Counted from the first letter of the stretch, positions 37,692-50,038 are shown. The stretch: 64,000 nucleotides of DNA from Phycisphaerae bacterium (GCA_963675745.2 CAXXWX010000019.1:416001-480000); one strand, 5' to 3'. Notes: a model not told the origin generated them from the letters alone. Numbers and translations are program-made.

Positions 37692-37967
37692 ATGCGCAAG
37701 ACGTCTTCTTTTCGCGGAGTGCTGCTAACACTGGGACTATGCGCCGCCGGTACGTTGTGTCAGTTTGGCGGTTGCGGCTTCCCGGAGTTGACCAGTTTCC
37801 TCACGAGCATCAATCCGTGCGGCACGATCCTGGATTGTGACCCCGCTCAGTACACCTTTGCGACGTCCGGATACAGCGGTCCCGGCGTCGATCTGAATGT
37901 GGACATGACTTGCACGTTCCCGCCGTACTGCGGTACGGCTCTGGTTCCGGCTGACACAGAGCCCTGA
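37692..37967 (+). CDS. Small Cys-rich secreted/lipo-protein F (91 aa)
   Basis: GAGGT RBS; MRKTSSFRGVLLTLGLCAAGTLCQFGG-CGFPELTSFLTSINPCGTILDCDPAQYTF...CTFPPYCG... Confidence 0.72.
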   Translation: MRKTSSFRGVLLTLGLCAAGTLCQFGGCGFPELTSFLTSINPCGTILDCDPAQYTFATSGYSGPGVDLNVDMTCTFPPYCGTALVPADTEP

Positions 37968-38045
37968 CTCGACGTTGGCCCGGCCCTCCCGCGCCTCGCG
38001 CAGGTCGTGTAAACTAACGACCAGTGTACAGCCGAGGGGCGCTGC

Positions 38046-41000
38046 GTGTTGCCCAGAAGCGCCCACCCAACAAACCTCTATGCTGCGCGTATCACATGCG
38101 CTGCGCTCGTCGCCATAACGCTGCTGCACCTTCAGATGGCGGCAGCCCTCTGGGACGAGACGGAGTTGCCGGCACCATCAACAACCGTCGATGCTCTATC
38201 GCCCCGCGCCACAGCGCTGATCCCCGACAACGTTGACGAATCCGCGGACGCCGGTGTTTTCACCAGACGATCGCATAGTCTGCCGGTCAGCAATGAAGCC
38301 GGGCTTCTGATTCAACAGTTGGATAGCGCGCTCGACGAACGCGAATATCGCCGCGCGGTCCGTGTCGCCGAGCGTCTTTTCGAGTTGCCCGACACGCTTG
38401 TTGCGAGTCGCGATGGCAAGGTGTTCTATCCGGCGTGGCGCCAGACTGCGGCGTTGCTCGATCAATTGCCACCGGAGGGAGTAGCGCTCTATCGGCAGCT
38501 CTTTGACGCGCGCGTCGCCTCACGGCTGACGCAGGTCGCCGCGCGGGGTGACCTTGTGGCTCTGCGCACATTGTTCGAGCAGCAGCGCCTCAGCGCGCAC
38601 TGGCCAGCCATCGGAACCGAGCTGGCGGCCCAGTCACTCGACCGCGGGGCCTGGCTCGACGTGGTGGACACCACCAGCCAGATGCTGAGTGCGGGGATTG
38701 ATGACAGTGTCATGCACGCGCAACGGGTGGTCGCGCTGACCAGGCTTGGCCGGTATGAAGCAGCCGTGCGTGAGCTTGACCGACTGGAACAACTCACGCC
38801 AGCGCAACATGATGCGGGCACCACTCACACGGCGGAGCTCGTCCGCGCGTGGTTCGACGCACAACGCGCGCCGCGGCGCGATGTGTCCGCGGCGTGGGGG
38901 ATGCAGCGGTTGTTGCACGCGGCGGTTGCGTGGCGCTGCGAGCTGTCAATGCCCGCGGGCTGCCGCGCCTGCCCCGGTTATCGCGAAATAGCGCATGCTA
39001 TTTCGGTGCTGCGCCGGCCGCCGCGCTACCAGGGCGTGCTCGAAGCCGGCATGCTTGTTGTGCGACGGTTTGGCGCGTTGTGGGGCATCAACGCGGACAC
39101 GCTCGTGACGCAATGGTGTGCGCGCGAAGCACTGCCCAGCCCGACAAGGGGGGCTGACGCAGCTCGACGATGAGGATGTGGCGACGGCGACACGCCTGGA
39201 TCGAGACGTCGCTCTCCTGTTTCGTGACGCGCACGCGCATGCCCTCTCCGGCGCGTTCGGTCAAGTCTACAGCATCGAGCCATTGGCGTTGGGTCCACCG
39301 GAGACTCTCCCGCCGGCCGTGGCGCAATACTGGAGCTTCGGCTCCGAGATATTTGCGAACAGGCTGGTTGCGCGCGACGCGCGGTCCGGTGAGACCACAT
39401 GGGAGCTTGGAGCCGATCCGACTCATGCGCTCTATGGCGCGGCGTTCCTTGACGTTCCCGCCGCCATCGGCGACATGCTCGTGGTGCCATACCAACGCCG
39501 CGACGAGTTACTCCTGGCCATGCTGGAGCCGGTCAGCGGTCGGCTGGTTGAGCGCTTCGTAGTCCATGGGTCGCCGACCAGTTTCACACCGCTTGGCGGC
39601 CAGTGCTTCGTGCTGGTTGAGCATCCCGTTGTGTACATTTGCACGGGCAACGGCGTTGCGGCGGCACTCCGCCTGCGCTCGTCACCTACGCGAGGCGCGC
39701 CGGCCCTTACGTGGGAGTGGGCCACGCATTACGCCGAACCTGAGCCCATCGACTCTGTCGCGACCTGGTGGGTGGCCGATGATGAGCACGATTCATGGCC
39801 ATCCGAGCGCCCGATATTGACGGATGAGCTGCTGATACTCCCGCCGTACGACAGTGACGAGCTGGTCGCGCTCAACCGTTTCGACGGCCGTGAACGATGG
39901 CGCGTGCCCTGGTCGGAGACCGAAATACTCGTCGGCCCGCTGCCGGGAGGTTTTGTGACGGCTGGGGACCGCGTGCGCTGTCGCGAATCCGCAACGGGCC
40001 GCACGTTCCACTGGCAATCGTTGCCAATCGAGCTGACGGGTCGTCCGGCACTCCTCGGCGGAGACGTCGTCGTGCCGACGCCGGACGGCCTGTTGGTGCT
40101 TGATGGCGCTACGGGGAAGGTCGTCGCCGACCAATGGCAGCCGCACGATACGCAGCCGGCGTCGAATCGAGAGGCATCCGCCAACCTGCTGGCTGCGACT
40201 GACGCGCTGTTTGCCGTCGGGCCGGACATGGTGCAGAAGTACCCCAGCCCGGCAGTGCGCAGCTTGTACTCCAAGGCCGGGTCTGAGCCGGTAACCGCCG
40301 CACGAGACAGGTACATCCTGGCGATGCTTGATGCGCTGGAGGGGGAGCTCGAGTCCGCCTGCGACCGTCTGCGCGACCTGGTGCCCGACGACCCCGGGCT
40401 TCGTGCCGCTCGTGACCGCCTGGGTACCAGCGTGCTGCTGGCGCTGGCCGATCGCGCGCCTAACGACGCCGAGCGCCTGGCGCGATTGCGCGAGGCTGCC
40501 GCGGCGGGGGCGGGCACGCGCGCCGGCGCCCTGTTGGGCGATGTGCTCGAGCAATCGGGCTTTCCCGAGGAAGCGTTGGCACATTTCAAGGAAATCCTGC
40601 TCAGCGCCCCGGCAGACCACATTTCGCCGGGGCCGGTGGCAGGCTATCGCGTCGCGGATTGGTTATATGCCGCGGGGCGCGTCGATTCACTCCTCGCGGG
40701 CATGTCGCCGGGTGATCGGCAGGCGTTTGTGGAAAACCTGGTTACGGACGCGATTGCCTCCGGGCGCCCGAGCAGGATGATGCGCGTATATCCGCTGGTT
40801 ATCGACGCCCAGCAGCGCGAGCGCCTGGGCCAGGCACTGGTGTTGTGGCAGCCGGCGGACGCGAACGATCCGGAAACAGGCACGCTGCGGCCTGAGTTGC
40901 TGGCGCGATACCTGCCCGACGGCGGCGCCGGCCGCGCGGAGGTGCCGGCGCGTGATACGCTCAACGGCACAGCGGCCGGCGTGTTCACGTCTGACCTGCA

Positions 41001-42309
41001 ACGCCGTTGGGTTGCCGAAGATCACGAACTGATTCTGCCACGTGGTGAAGGTGGCCCGCCGGACACTCTGCCGCTGCGCCATCTCGTTAACCAGCGCATC
41101 AGTCTGGTTACAACGGCGACTGGCCGCGTGCGAACCTCGACCGTCGATGGCGTCACTGGTGGTCGTGGTGTGGCGGAATCGCTCGCCGACTCGGCCCAGC
41201 ACGCGCTGTTCAGCAACACCGACATCTACTCACCGATCCCAGGCGCCTGGCCGGCAATTCGTCACCGCGATCTTGCCGCTCTGCCAACGGTCGGCGGACT
41301 GATCGCGTTTGGACTGGGTGCGGAGCCGGGTGGTGGGCAGCGTCTCTGGGAATATGCCATCCCGCAATGGCACGCCGACCAAGCGGGTTTTGCGCGGCAC
41401 GCCGTCGCGGGACCAGATGGCGTGTACCTCTTTGCGCAACCCGGCCGGCTGATTCACGTGGGATGGTCTGATGGCTTGCTGCGCTGGGAACGCGATCTGC
41501 CCGGCATCTCCTGCCGACATCTGGCGCTCGCCGCGGGGATGCTGGTGCTGACCGATGATGAGGGCCGCGCCTACACACTCGATCCGGCTCTGGGGCACCC
41601 GTTATGCAGCGTGACGGCGTTCCAGGATGTGCCCGCCGAAAGTGCCGTTGTAGGCGATCTTGTATTACGCTGGACCGACGAAGTACTGCGCGGCGTGGAT
41701 CCCCGGACGCTGGAGACACTCTGGTCGCGCAGCACGGGGGCGATCGGCGCCCAGCACGTCGTCACCGGGCGCGAGTGGTTCGCCTATCAATCACGCGTGT
41801 CCGGGATCTGGCACCTGCTTGACGTGCGCAACAATGAGCCACTGCCGGTCAATTTGCCCCACGACGTCGGCGCAGTCGAAGTGGTTGTCGCCACAGAGGG
41901 ACAGCTGCTGGTGGTCTCGAACGCAACGGGTATGGCGGAGGCGCCGAATACGGTGTATGAGTTGTCCGCCTATGATCCGCGCGACGGTCGCCAGCTATGG
42001 TCGCGCCGCCAGGTGTCCGCGACATCGCCAAACGCGTCGCAGCTATGCGGGCACCCGGCCTACATCGTCATCCTGCGCTGGAGCGACGGCCAGCCGGCCC
42101 TTGAGCTGATTGACCGGCACACCGGCGACACGGTTACGCCGACCGGTTGGATGAGCGAACCCGGCCGGGATTTGCTGCCGTTGGGCGAGTATTTCGGCCC
42201 CGGCGATGCGTCTCGTGGTAGATTCGTGCTCGTAACGTCAGACAGTATTATCGTACAGGCGCTGGGCCGTGTAATTGCGTTCGGCAGCGCCGCGCCAGGA
42301 CCACCGTGA
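38046..42309 (+). CDS. Large secreted TPR-like/PQQ-type beta-propeller repeat protein, split by an apparent +1 frameshift at 39148-39153
   Basis: ORFs 38046-39173 (signal peptide, helical repeats) and 39118-42309 (ARDARSGETTW, ALNRFDGRERW, VLDGATGKVV, AYDPRDGRQLW repeats) join in frame if one G of the G6 run is removed. Confidence 0.7.
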
Positions 42310-43409
42310 TGCCTCATGGTCGTATCCACACAATCGCCGCGCGCTCGTCTTGCGTGCTGATTTGGCTGGGCGCGGCCTGTGGCGCCATATGGCCATCCAG
42401 CGCGCCCGGCGGCCAGCCCGAGGAAAGCCAACGCCCGGTTCCACAGTCCGAGCCCGAGGGGATAACGCCGGAGATCAGGCACGCCATCGACACGGGTCTG
42501 GCCTATCTGGTTTCGACGCAGAACCGGGACGGGAGTTGGCGAACGCGCGGTCGCGCGGGCAGCTATCCGACGGCGATGACATCACTGGCGGGTTTAGCGC
42601 TGCTGGCCTCGGGCAGCACGCCGACCGAAGGGCCGCACGCACGCAGCGTCAGTCGCGCGCTGACCTTCGTGCTTGACAGCGTTCGGCGTGACGGGCTGAT
42701 CGCACAACTCGAGGAGGAATCTCACAACATGCACGGCCACGGACTGGCCATGCTGTTTCTCGCGCAATGTTATGGCATGGAGGAAGATCCGAGTCGCGGC
42801 GCGCGAATCAGACGCGCGCTACAGCAGGCGGTTGAACTCACCGCGCGCAGCCAGAGCGTTGCCGGTGGATGGCTATACACGCCGGATTCGCGCGGCGATG
42901 AAGGCTCGGTGACGGTGACTCAGGTCCAGGGACTGCGAGCCTGCCGCAACGTTGGCATCGCGGTGCCCAAACGCGTCATTGACAACGCGTTGGCCTATCT
43001 GGAGAAATCGCAAAACGACGATGGCGGGGTGCGCTACCAGGTCGATGATCATGGCCCCGGCCGGGCGGCGATAACGGCCGCCGCCGTCGCCTGCTGGTAT
43101 AACGCGGGCATGTATGACGACGTTCACGCGCGGCGTGCCTTGAGTTTTGCAAAGGACAAGCTGGACCCCGAGCGCGGCGAGACGACCGGTCACCACTATT
43201 ACGCGCATCTGTATTTTGCGCAGGTAATGTACCAGGCCGGCCCTGAGCAATGGCGGAGCTACTTCGCACCCATGAGCAGATATCTCCTTCAAAACCAGGC
43301 GAGCGACGGCTCGTGGATGGGGGATTCCGTTGGGCCGACCTATGGCACGGCGGTCGCATTGATTATTCTGCAACTGCCGCACAAGCATCTGCCGATCATG
43401 CAGCGTTGA
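42306..43409 (+). CDS. Prenyltransferase/squalene-cyclase repeat (alpha/alpha toroid) protein, probably exported
   Basis: [26 protein letters not shown] and [14 protein letters not shown]-type repeats; N-terminal signal-like segment. Confidence 0.85.
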   Translation: MMPHGRIHTIAARSSCVLIWLGAACGAIWPSSAPGGQPEESQRPVPQSEPEGITPEIRHAIDTGLAYLVSTQNRDGSWRTRGRAGSYPTAMTSLAGLALLASGSTPTEGPHARSVSRALTFVLDSVRRDGLIAQLEEESHNMHGHGLAMLFLAQCYGMEEDPSRGARIRRALQQAVELTARSQSVAGGWLYTPDSRGDEGSVTVTQVQGLRACRNVGIAVPKRVIDNALAYLEKSQNDDGGVRYQVDDHGPGRAAITAAAVACWYNAGMYDDVHARRALSFAKDKLDPERGETTGHHYYAHLYFAQVMYQAGPEQWRSYFAPMSRYLLQNQASDGSWMGDSVGPTYGTAVALIILQLPHKHLPIMQR

Positions 43410-43431
43410 TGCCGGCGGCGCGGAGGAACGC

Positions 43432-44520
<1,089 letters not shown>

Positions 44521-45390
44521 CGCGGTCGCGCGGCTCCGTGGCCTGCAACTCCGCGCGCGCACGATTGTGGCCGGCGCGCGTTCGGGCCTGCACCGCAGCG
44601 CCTATCGCGGCTACAGCGTCGAATTCGCCGAGCACCGCCAATACGTGCCCGGCGACGACGTGCGGCACATCGACTGGCGGCTGTTCGGCCGCAAGGATCG
44701 CCTCTACATCAAGCAGTACGAGGAAGAGAGTAATCTGGCGTGCCAGCTCCTGCTCGACGTCAGCGGTTCGATGTCGCACGGTAGCGGGCCGCTGAGCAAG
44801 TTCGATTACGCATGTTGTCTGGCCGCGAGCCTGGCGTGGCTGTTGATACACCAGCAGGACGCCGCCGGTCTGATTACCTTTGACCGCGATATTCGCGCGA
44901 CGTTGCCGACCGGCACGGGCACGCAGCATCTGGCGTCATTGATCGGCATGCTCGAAGCCGCACAGCCCGCCCAGCCGACCGATGTGGAAGCCCTGCTGCA
45001 CCGTCTGGCGCGGGAGCTGCGCCGCCGCTCGATAGTCGCGCTCTTCTCCGACCTGCTGATGCCGGCGGAACGTGTCGTGACGGGCGTCGAACATCTGAGC
45101 CATGCGGGACATGAGTTGATCGTGTTTCACATCATGGACGATGACGAGTGGCATCTGCCGATGCACGAGAATCTGTTGTTCGAGGGATTGGAGAGCGATG
45201 GGCATCTGCTGGCCGATCCACAGAGCCTGCGCGAGTCCTACCTCGCGGCCGTTGAGCGTCATGTCGTGCGCATCCGCGCCGCCTGCCTTCAGCACGGCGC
45301 CGATTACGTGCCGGTGAACACACGAGACCCGCTCGACCGCGTGCTCAGTGCCTATCTTGCTCGCCGGGGACGGCGAAGGGCGGGAAGCCG

Positions 45391-47643
45391 ATGATGGCGC
45401 CGGCGCTGATCGCGTTTGGCTTCGTCAATCCCCTGCTGCTGGCCGGGCTGGGGCTCATCGCACTGCCGATCATCATTCACTGGCTCGCACGCCGGCGGTA
45501 CCGTGTTCAACCATGGGCCGCGATGCAGTTCTTGCTCGAGGCCGAGCGGGAGAGTCGCCGGCGCCGGCACCTGGCGCAGTGGTTGCTCCTGGCCTTGCGC
45601 TGCCTGGTTATCGCGCTGCTGGCGTTGCTGGTCGCACGGCCGTTCTTCGAAACCCGGGCCAGCGCCGCGCTGCTCGCGGGTCCGCAACGCACCTGCCATG
45701 TGATCGTGCTCGACGATTCGGCTAGCTCGCAACTGCGGCGCGGGACGACGACCGTTTTCCAGCGCCTGCAAACAGCCGCGACGCGTCTGGTCGATTGGAT
45801 CAGTCAGTCGTCGGGTGACAGCGCCATTGCGGTCTACCGTACATCACGACCCGATGAGCCGCTATTGACGCCGAAGCAGTTGACCGCCGAGCGTCTCGGC
45901 CCGTTGCGGACAATGATCGAACAACTCGAGCCCACCACGCTGCGCGCCGCGCCGGCGCGCGTGATGCGCACAATCGCCGGGCAGGTTGCCGCCGGCGAGC
46001 AATACGATCGAACCACGATCTACGTGTTGTCTGACTTCCAGCGCAGCGACTGGATTGGTGATGATGCGAGCGAGGCCGTGTTCCACCCGTTGCGCGCGTT
46101 GGACGATCGCGCACCACGCATCCTGATGTTGACTGCCGATTCAACGGGGCGGGCCAACATCTCCGTGCAGACGCTTCGGCTCGAACGCCCCCATGCACTC
46201 GCCGGCATCCCGGCGCGGCTGCGAACTCGCGTGGCCAATCACGGTGCGCGGCCGATCGAGAAGCTGGTGCTACAACTATCGATTGATGATCAACCACTGC
46301 CCGCCATGCCGCTGCCGGTCATCGACCCCGGCGATATGGCCGAGACGGTGACGGAATTGAGCTTTCCCGCTGCGGGCCATGTTGTGGTGTCCGGCGGTCT
46401 CGAAGCGCCGGACGGATTCGATCTCGACGACCGCTATGGCCTCGCGGTCAGTGTGGAAGATTGTCTACCGGTGCTGGTGGTCAACGGTGCGCCGGATCTC
46501 GACGCGCGGCGCGATGAGGCCTATCTGTTGCGTCGGGCCCTGGCTCCACCCGGGCCATTTGCCTCCGGAGTTCGCCCGGACGTGATCGACGTCGAGCGGC
46601 TCAGCGGCACGGAGCTCGACCCATGGGCGTGTGTTCTGCTATGTAATGTCGGCCCGCTGCCCGATGACACAGCCGCGAGGTTGCGGCGGTACGTGGAGAG
46701 CGGCGGGGGGCTGGCGTTCTTCCTGGGTGACAACGCGCAAGACACGGCCGCCCTTAACCGCACGTTTGGCAGCGCCGGGCATGACTTGCTGCCCGCAGTA
46801 CTGACGGAGATCGTTGATGCTCCCGAGGGGGCGCAGATCGGCATGGTCAGTGCCGCCGCGCACCCGGCGACGGCGGGCTTCCCCGATGATTCCGACGCGC
46901 TGTCAGAGTACGTGAGCTTTCGCCGTTACGCGCGTTGCCGCATTGATGATGACACCAGTGACGCCACGGTCCTCGCGCGGTTCACTGATGACCGGCAGAC
47001 GCCGGCGCTGATCGAGCGGCGTATCGGCGACGGGCGTGTCGCCTTGTTCGCGTCCAGCGCGGATATGGAATGGAACAATTGGCCGGCATCGGTCGATGGC
47101 AGCTATGTCGTTGCGCTGCTTGATCTGGTGCAGTATCTGTCCCGCCGCTCCGAGTCGAATGGAACGCTGGTTTGCGGAGATGAGTTGGCGGTCGCGCTTG
47201 CACCGGCGCGTTACGATCCTTCCGTGCAGTTCAAGCCGCCAACCTATCCGGCCCGGCCCGCGGTTTCCGGCGGAGCGGTGAACGCCGGGATCATCGAGAA
47301 CGGTCGCATACTGTTCAGGGGGCCGGTTGCCGATCAACTCGGCACCTACAAGGCTGAGTTGGCACCACGGGTCGGTGGCGTCGAAACGCGGCCGTTGTGC
47401 GTAAATATAGACCCGCGCGAATCGGATCTACGCGTCGCCACCTCTGAGGAGCTCGAAGCGATGGTCGAGGGGCTGCCCCATGTGATCGCCCCGCTCGATG
47501 AAACCCTGCCGGATGGGAGTATTGAAGCGCGCGGTGAAATCTGGCGCGCACTTGTCATCGCAATCGTGTTTATGCTGATGCTGGAACACCTGTGTGCGTG
47601 GTGGTTTGGCCGCGCGCGCCGCTCGGCGCCGCATCGGCCGTGA
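45391..47643 (+). CDS. BatA-domain/vWA membrane protein
   Basis: FVNPLLLAGL..IALPIIIHWL.RRR.....WAAMQFL BatA N-terminus, LDDSASS MIDAS, LSDFQ, NIDPRESDL and C-terminal TM. Confidence 0.88.
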   Translation: MMAPALIAFGFVNPLLLAGLGLIALPIIIHWLARRRYRVQPWAAMQFLLEAERESRRRRHLAQWLLLALRCLVIALLALLVARPFFETRASAALLAGPQRTCHVIVLDDSASSQLRRGTTTVFQRLQTAATRLVDWISQSSGDSAIAVYRTSRPDEPLLTPKQLTAERLGPLRTMIEQLEPTTLRAAPARVMRTIAGQVAAGEQYDRTTIYVLSDFQRSDWIGDDASEAVFHPLRALDDRAPRILMLTADSTGRANISVQTLRLERPHALAGIPARLRTRVANHGARPIEKLVLQLSIDDQPLPAMPLPVIDPGDMAETVTELSFPAAGHVVVSGGLEAPDGFDLDDRYGLAVSVEDCLPVLVVNGAPDLDARRDEAYLLRRALAPPGPFASGVRPDVIDVERLSGTELDPWACVLLCNVGPLPDDTAARLRRYVESGGGLAFFLGDNAQDTAALNRTFGSAGHDLLPAVLTEIVDAPEGAQIGMVSAAAHPATAGFPDDSDALSEYVSFRRYARCRIDDDTSDATVLARFTDDRQTPALIERRIGDGRVALFASSADMEWNNWPASVDGSYVVALLDLVQYLSRRSESNGTLVCGDELAVALAPARYDPSVQFKPPTYPARPAVSGGAVNAGIIENGRILFRGPVADQLGTYKAELAPRVGGVETRPLCVNIDPRESDLRVATSEELEAMVEGLPHVIAPLDETLPDGSIEARGEIWRALVIAIVFMLMLEHLCAWWFGRARRSAPHRP

Positions 47644-47670
47644 AATACAGAAGGCGCCACTGTGCGCCTA

Positions 47671-47695
47671 CGGCCTGCGAGGCGCAGGCCGCTAC
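47671..47695 (-). repeat. GTAG-type REP element
   Basis: Reverse complement GTAGCGGCCTGCGCCTCGCAGGCCG is identical to 54285-54309. Confidence 0.7.
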
Positions 47696-47740
47696 GAGGT
47701 CCCGTTGCACGGGACAGTCAGGTTGAGATAAGGACAGCGC

Positions 47741-50038
47741 TTGCTCGCCGACGTTACACAGACGAGTCGCGATTGCATCGAGTTCGCCGCCGTGCCGACC
47801 GGTTGGCCGCGACTGATCGGTCTGGCGGTCACGGTGCTCGCGTGCTACGCCGTCGTTTGGCTGTATCGGCGCGAGAACCGTGAAGGCGCGAGCGTTGCCC
47901 TGCGCCTGACGCTGGCGTGCGCGCGTTGCGCGGTCGTGCTGCTACTGGCAACAATCGCGCTACGGCCGGTGCTGGTGACGTACGTTGAGCGAACACGCGC
48001 GGCCCGCGTTGCCGTGCTGGTGGACACATCGGCGAGCATGGACATAACGGATGTGGGGCAGGCGGATACGCGGCGTGCGCGCATCGAAGCTCTGCTGGGC
48101 GCCTCGGACGGCGCGTGGATCGGACGCTTGGCCGGCAATAACGAGACAGTGGTCTACGATTTCGCCGCAACCGCGCGACGGCGAGTGGAGGACACAACGG
48201 CGGCGCCGCCTGACGCCGGTCGCACCGACCTGGGCCTGGCCATCACAAGCGCCGTTGAGCATGCGGCGGGGCAGCCGATGGCGGCAATCGTCGCGTTCAC
48301 GGATGGTATTGTGAACCAGGGCATGAGCGCAGATGAGATTGCGTCACTGGCGCGCGTGCGCAAGGTGCCGCTGTACGTCGTCGGTGTCGGTGATGACACG
48401 GAGCCGCCAAACGTGCGTATGACGGGTCTAGCTGGTCCGTCGATCGCCCGCCGCGGCGATCCCTTTGAGATTCGCGTGGACCTGGACGCCGGGGGGGTGA
48501 CGTCGGCCGACCTCGAAGTTGTGCTCTCCGAATCCGGGCCGCACGAGCGGCATCTGGAAACACGGCGCGTGCGCTTCGATGCCGCCCAGACGCCGGAGCC
48601 GTTGAGATTCAGGGTGGATGCCGATAGCGCGGGAGAACTGGCCTATGCGGTTTCAGTGACACCGTTCGAGCAGGAGGTGTTCGCTGACGATAACCGTCGC
48701 GAGTTGGTCGTGCGCGTGCTTGACGAGCCGCTACGCGTGCTGTTGGTCGCCGGCCGACCATCATACGAGTACCGCTATATAACACGCCTGTTGGAGCGCG
48801 ATCGCACGGTCGAGTTGAGCTGTCTGCTCCAGTCGGCCGACGCGCAGGCCGTCCGCGATGGCGACCTGGGCATAGACCGGCTCCCGGAAGCGCCTGAGGA
48901 GCTCTTTGCATACGATGTCGTCTTGCTGCTCGATCCCGACCCGGCCGCAATCACGACCGACTGGCCTACCAATGTGCGGCGATTCGTCGATGAACTGGGC
49001 GGCGGTCTGCTGTACCAGGCCGGCCAACACTATGCCCCCCGTTTCCTGCACGATGACCGAATGCGCGACCTTGTCAGGCTGCTACCGGTGATTCCCGACC
49101 CGGAGGCGGACGACCGCCTGGGTCAACTGGGAACTTACCGCACGCGACTTGGCCGGCTGGCGGTGCCGGATGGGGCGGCGTCACATCCGCTGATCACCCT
49201 GGCCGCCGACCCGGCCACAAATGCCGCTATCTGGGCGGCATTGCCCGGTGTGTGGTGGACTTATCCGACGGGCCGCCTGAAGCCGCTGGCCGTGCCATTG
49301 CTCCAGCGCGCCGGCGAACCGGATGATGTGCTGTTCGCGCTCCAGCCGGTTGGCGCCGGGCGGACCGCGTTTATGGGGATAGAAAGCACGTGGCGTTGGC
49401 GCGCGACGGCCGAGCCGCACTTCGATCGATTCTGGGTCCAGTTGGTACGTTACCTGGCGCACGCCCGCCGGCAGAGCGCCAGCACGCGCGGCGCTATCAC
49501 GCTGGCGCGCGACGATGTTGCCGTCGGCCGGCCACTGGAAATCGAGGCGCGCCTGCTGGATGAGCACTTCAACCCCTGGCACGAGACACAGGTCATCGCA
49601 CTGATTGAGATGCCGGGTAGCGATGATCAATCGGTGACGCTGCGCGCAATCCCCGGTCGAGCCGGCTGGTACTCGGGCCACTTCCTGCCGCCCCGCGCGG
49701 GCTCCGGCCTGATCCGCATATCGTTGCCGCGCGCTGCGCCAGCCGAAGGGCAGAGCGACGCGCTGGTAAAGCACTTTCGCGTGCGACGGCCGGACATCGA
49801 AATGCGCGCGCTGGCAATGCAGGCCGCGGCATTGGAGCAGCTCGCCACACGCGGCGGCGGCCGGTTTATGTCGCTCGCCGAAGCGGTGGACCTGCCGGAG
49901 CTGATCGAGTCGGCGGCCGAGACTCACGTTGACCGTGGTCGCGAACGCGATCTGTGGGATAACCCCTGGGTGCTTGCCTTGCTTGCAGCGTTACTGGGTA
50001 CCGAGTGGACTCTGCGCCGGAGGAACCAGTTGCTGTGA
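47741..50038 (+). CDS. vWA plus glutamine-amidotransferase-like membrane protein
   Basis: Two N-terminal TMs, VDTSASM MIDAS, FTDG, RVLLVAGRPSYEYRY, TWRWR...FDRFW, C-terminal LWD..W...LLGTEWTLRR; start uncertain. Confidence 0.8.
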   Translation: MLADVTQTSRDCIEFAAVPTGWPRLIGLAVTVLACYAVVWLYRRENREGASVALRLTLACARCAVVLLLATIALRPVLVTYVERTRAARVAVLVDTSASMDITDVGQADTRRARIEALLGASDGAWIGRLAGNNETVVYDFAATARRRVEDTTAAPPDAGRTDLGLAITSAVEHAAGQPMAAIVAFTDGIVNQGMSADEIASLARVRKVPLYVVGVGDDTEPPNVRMTGLAGPSIARRGDPFEIRVDLDAGGVTSADLEVVLSESGPHERHLETRRVRFDAAQTPEPLRFRVDADSAGELAYAVSVTPFEQEVFADDNRRELVVRVLDEPLRVLLVAGRPSYEYRYITRLLERDRTVELSCLLQSADAQAVRDGDLGIDRLPEAPEELFAYDVVLLLDPDPAAITTDWPTNVRRFVDELGGGLLYQAGQHYAPRFLHDDRMRDLVRLLPVIPDPEADDRLGQLGTYRTRLGRLAVPDGAASHPLITLAADPATNAAIWAALPGVWWTYPTGRLKPLAVPLLQRAGEPDDVLFALQPVGAGRTAFMGIESTWRWRATAEPHFDRFWVQLVRYLAHARRQSASTRGAITLARDDVAVGRPLEIEARLLDEHFNPWHETQVIALIEMPGSDDQSVTLRAIPGRAGWYSGHFLPPRAGSGLIRISLPRAAPAEGQSDALVKHFRVRRPDIEMRALAMQAAALEQLATRGGGRFMSLAEAVDLPELIESAAETHVDRGRERDLWDNPWVLALLAALLGTEWTLRRRNQLL

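Noticed and set aside
36130..37967. Peptide array read as double-glycine bacteriocin precursors or inovirus coat proteins
   Set aside because: The leaders are hydrophobic Sec-type rather than ELSxxEL-type. No C39 peptidase transporter or RiPP enzyme is adjacent. The C-termini of A-D and F are not basic, and no Zot/pI ATPase or replication gene is present.
37156..37967. Long ORF-track versions 37156..37689 and 37281..37967
   Set aside because: The upstream extensions lack an RBS and cross a promoter-like region. Internal ATGs at 37450 and 37692 have an RBS and signal peptides.
42306..43409. Squalene-hopene cyclase / terpene biosynthesis gene cluster
   Set aside because: Single-domain 367 aa protein with no DXDD motif, a probable export signal and no isoprenoid genes nearby.
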